From Ranitomeya imitator (Eukaryota), in assembly GCF_032444005.1 (NCBI RefSeq), contig NC_091282.1, forward strand, positions 705,746,001-705,810,000: a stretch of DNA of 64,000 nucleotides, read 5' to 3'. How positions within the stretch are numbered: the stretch's first letter is position 1; each line of letters begins with the position of its first letter. Both the position numbers and the translations under genes were made by a program. Below the pieces are notes generated by a model. That model worked only from the letters and a program-made list of their open reading frames with translations, was not told the DNA's origin and did no database searches. Shown here one piece after another: positions 60,401 through 64,000 of this stretch.

Positions 60401-60869
60401 GTGTCGCAGAGCAACACAGAGATGGTTGCTCTCTGTGATGTAACCCAGAGTATTTTCTCTAGTGAATGTAAGCACGAAGAGGTTCGTTTGTTGCACCTGG
60501 GACCGGGTTACGGGTAGCTGTAAGAGATGGGCTGGTCTAGCTACCCACATACCTCACCTCTGGGTGTGGTTAACAACCTATTATAAGGGAGGCTGTTGTT
60601 TGGCACATGGTCTGTGTGTTGGGAGGGAGAAGGCCTCCTGTGTGTTTGGCTCCACAGGGAGCATGAATATTGGATTCTACCACAGCCCGTGTGCCCACAG
60701 ACCTGGCGAAGCAGAGCTCTGCTATGGACATTTTAAATTATGTTTGTCTGATCTAAAGGCTGTTTGTTTTCCGTTTGGCTTCTGGGGTTTATGAAGGGAT
60801 AAACCCACATGAACGTTTAAAGGAACAAGACTCCTGATCTCCTCCAGCTGCACCAAAGTGAGTAAAACC

Positions 60870-60871
<2 letters not shown>

Positions 60872-60934
<63 letters not shown>
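60872..60934. repeat. (TA)n microsatellite, about 31 units
   Basis: Pure dinucleotide run. Confidence 0.99.
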
Positions 60935-60937
<3 letters not shown>

Positions 60938-61529
60938 CCACACGGTACATATTTGTTATATCTATATATACAGTATGTGGTAAGTATAGTTTTTTGTCAC
61001 CATCTAGTGGTTTTTCGATAACACTACAGGCAAAACTTTTCTCTTTATCTTCACATATTCAACTAATAGTCTGTTCAAAAAAAAAAATTAAATTAAAATA
61101 TTAGAAATAATGCTCTACCATGATTGGTAACCTGTCAAATATTGCTTTCAATTTCTGACAGCTGCATTTGCAATGCGCCAGCGGGGAACATCATGCCATG
61201 CCTCCATGTCATGATTGTGGGGCGCTGGTGAGTTGCCAACTCTATACATAACAAGCACTATAGCATGTACACATAAAATATATGAAATTTTAATTACATT
61301 AATGTTCTAGAAAATAGGAAAAAATGGAGATGCTTAGCTAAGCTAGACCAATAACACTGCAAGGGAAATATAGTATGAGTATGATATTGCATAAAAATAT
61401 CACAACGTGCAACTACCGTATATCATATATCGCCATTGTTATTCTTTATGGCACTGCAGATTAAAGCCTCTTAACAACTACTGTATTTCCATAAATAAAA
61501 TCTGCTCAAATTATTTCAAAACTACTCAC

Positions 61530-61612
61530 CTGATTATATAGGGTTCAGGAGAGTCTGGATGCAGATGAATAGCACGTGTTATATCCTTCAAGGCACTATG
61601 CAAATCTTTCAT
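61530..61612 (-). CDS. TTC6: TTC6 coding exon, 83 nt
   Basis: ctcacag|ATG...ATCAG|gtgagt. MKDLHSALKDITRAIHLHPDSPEPYII(R). Phase 0 in, 2 out. Confidence 0.9.
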
Positions 61613-61690
61613 CTGTGAGAAGTGGGACAAGGAATAAATGCAAAGTCCAGGAGGTAATTAGAACTATTGTATCTTCTGCAATTTCCATAC

Positions 61691-61841
61691 CTGTTTGTGG
61701 GCCTGAGCCCTACAAAAATATGCTCGGGTACAGAGGGGGTTGACTTTTATAGCTGCAGAGAAGTGGCGCACTGCTTGAGAATATTGGGCTCGGTGAAGTA
61801 AGCAAATCAGACCCAGGTTGATATGTGCCACGGGCACGGCT
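61691..61841 (-). CDS. TTC6: TTC6 coding exon, 151 nt
   Basis: cctacag|A...CAG|gtatgg. AVPVAHINLGLICLLHRAQYSQAVRHFSAAIKVNPLCTRAYFCRAQAHKQ. Phase 2 in, 0 out. Not in the ORF track. Confidence 0.9.
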
Positions 61842-62064
61842 CTGTAGGAATATACAATACAATCTTGTAAATCAATTCATCTAAATTGGGAAACAAGTAT
61901 GAGCTTGGCATATTGAGTGCCCTCCTCTTATGTCCGCCTTTTATCACAGTTTACACACTTAATAAATGTAGAAAACGCAACAAAAAAAGCAACAAGTTCA
62001 CATACCCTATCTGTTCTTGAAGTTTTTAGAGTATGTTAGTCTTATAGTTACACTTAAAACGTAC

Positions 62065-62185
62065 TTATCTAAGGCAAGGACATGCTCAAAATCAAATGCC
62101 GCCTCCGACCACAGGCACAGATCTGTGTAAAGAACTCCACGGTGAAGAAAAGCACTGAGGTTCTCAAATCCATCATGAAGAAGCA
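62065..62185 (-). CDS. TTC6: TTC6 coding exon, 121 nt
   Basis: tcgtag|TG...GATAA|gtacgt. VLLHDGFENLSAFLHRGVLYTDLCLWSEAAFDFEHVLALDK. Phase 1 in, 2 out, fitting both neighbours. Confidence 0.9.
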
Positions 62186-62474
62186 CTACGACATAGTAAA
62201 TTAAAAACCAATATATTCTGTATACACTCAAAAGTATATTTATATGCAAAAACTAAACATCAATGCCATTATTTTAGGATAGAAACCAAGGTTGGAGGCA
62301 GAGCAGATGTATGGAAAGAAGGTGGAGAGTGGTGGAAATCTTGAATGACTAGAGTCTTAACAGATAAAAGTAACCACATGCACTCTGCTGACCCTGCCAT
62401 TGTATGAAATGGACAATGTAAGAGAAATATTTGATGGAATCACTTTTTTATAACATATAATGATGCACAGCATT

Positions 62475-63015
62475 TCATTGCAAAACGCGCGTCGGGTGTG
62501 GTGGACTCCTGGACTCTCTCCATTGTTTTTGGTAAATGTATGTTCTTTTATGTACTATATTAGACACGTATTTAAGATGGTTGTACTTGGACATTGTGCA
62601 TGTCGATATATATGGCACATTTAGCCTTATCCATTAATATTCGACACATGCTTGTCCATTTTGTATGCAGGTATTTATACATTTATTCTTTTATTATAAG
62701 GCTATAGCACTGGCTAGGAATAAATTAATAAGGGCCATTTTGTGTCCTTTTTCTCAAATTCTACCATCTTGTTACCTTAATGAGAGTTATATTTATACAC
62801 TGGTATTTATATTTTATTATTAACTTCCAGGTTTGTCCATCACTTTTTCTGTGTTTGTTGTTTCTCACCTTTGCCTGTTTTGGCTTTTTATGACCATGCT
62901 TGGTCTTGTTTTTGTCATTAATAAACATACTTTTATATTATCTGTGTGTGGTGCCTCTCTTTGTAGGTGTATTTATATTGTTCGGCTAACCATTTAGGAT
63001 ATATTATAGGTGTTT
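62475..63015 (+). mobile_element. 541-bp non-coding retroposed insertion with a 14-bp TSD (Penelope/retrozyme-like tail)
   Basis: TGATGCACAGCATT at 62461-62474 and 63016-63029. The insert begins TCATTGCAAAACGCGCGTCGGG and has AATAAA at 62920. Confidence 0.7.
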
Positions 63016-63044
63016 TGATGCACAGCATTGGAAAAATATATTAA

Positions 63045-63372
63045 AGGGAACCTGTCACCTGAATTTGGCGGGACTGGTTTTGGGTCATATGGGCGGAGTT
63101 TTCGGGTGTTTGATTCACCCTTTCCTTACCCGCTGGCTGCATGCTGGCTGCAATATTGGATTGAAGTTCATTCTCTGTCCTCCATAGTACACGCCTGCAC
63201 AAGGTAAGATTGCTTTGCGCAGGCGTGTACTATGGAGGACAGAGAATGAACTTCAATCCAATATTGCAGCCAGCATGCTGCCAGCAGGTAAGGAAAGGGT
63301 GAATCAAACACCCGAAAACTCCGCCCATATGACCCAAAACCAGTCCAGCCAAATTCAGGTGACAGAGTCCCT
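63045..63372. mobile_element. 328-bp near-perfect palindromic Kolobok/T2-like MITE (copy 2)
   Basis: TTAA|AGGGAACCTGTCACC...GAGTCCCT|TTAA; about 97% identical to 23898-24225. Confidence 0.9.
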
Positions 63373-63813
63373 TTAAATCACCATTCCAGTGTTTTTTTTA
63401 AAACTGGAGTGGTGCTAATGTAAGGTCCCTGTCCGTACTCTCATACTTATCTGCCACCATCATCATCTTTTATCAGTGCTTCTCTGGTCGATCTCCAGCA
63501 GTTTGAGACCTGCCGGATCACTCCAGCGTTTGGTGAGAGAGCCGGAGGTCACTTTTCAATTCAAGTCTAGGAGAACCTAGTTCTGGCTTTCATTGACTTG
63601 CATTGAGAGCATGTGACCATCACCTCTGACGTTCGGATAGTCAGAAGTTGCCGTCACAAGGGGCACCAAGAAGAGCTGAAGACGGCGGCTGTTAAGTATA
63701 ATTTTATGTGCAGGGATTCTGTGTTAGTAGCACCACTCCAGCGCGGCAATAAAAAAAAAGCTAGAGTGGTGCTTTAAGAAAAAGGGCAACTATTAAAAAA
63801 TCTGTCATCTTAC

Positions 63814-63983
63814 CGGAGATGCTGAAGTCTTGAAGTGCGTGTTTTGGATAGCATTTACGCAACAGGCATCCTCGATAATAAAAAGCCAACCAGTTTCTCG
63901 GATCCAAATGAACGACAGCTGAAAAATCTTCTGCCGCTTCACTGTAGCGGGTAAGTTTAGTGTAAGCTCTTCCCCGGTACAGT
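63814..63983 (-). CDS. TTC6: TTC6 coding exon (1st in window), 170 nt
   Basis: Acceptor tcaaacag|A, donor TCCG|gtaaga. Encodes TPR peptide LYRGRAYTKLTRYSEAAEDFSAVVHLDPRNWLAFYYRGCLLRKCYPKHALQDFSIS, resembling vertebrate TTC6 as recalled. Phase 2 in, phase 1 out. Confidence 0.88.
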
Positions 63984-64000
63984 CTGTTTGACAGCAAGGA

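Noticed and set aside
60722-60943. ORF with a (YI)n run
   Set aside because: Artefact of the (TA)n microsatellite.

Overview
Vertebrate (anuran, probably dendrobatid; this is inferred from the repeat families) genomic DNA. The only host gene is a TPR-repeat gene I recognise as TTC6, on the minus strand. Twelve internal coding exons lie between 63983 and 328, all GT-AG, phase-compatible and stop-free (1473 nt); the gene continues beyond both window edges. Its introns, including one of 33.9 kb and one of 16.9 kb, are largely transposable elements. These include a very young, intact Tf1/sushi-type chromovirus with a visible self-priming signature, inserted into a decayed Gmr1-type gypsy element, and an intact full-length L1. 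That L1 is the innermost layer of an 18-kb nest: Tc1 > L1 > Tc1 > MITE > Penelope > L1. Also present are Tx1D-like TTAA elements with ~390-bp internal repeats, a Helitron with a minisatellite, solo LTRs and many palindromic MITEs. The most unusual signal is the 3' tail of a Penelope-like element. It carries a tandem array of exon/80-nt-intron units and ends in a minimal hammerhead ribozyme plus AATAAA; related hammerhead-like modules occur at about 50954, 51997, 53910 and 62480. No rRNA, tRNA or CRISPR features were seen. All comparisons were made by eye; no searches were run.
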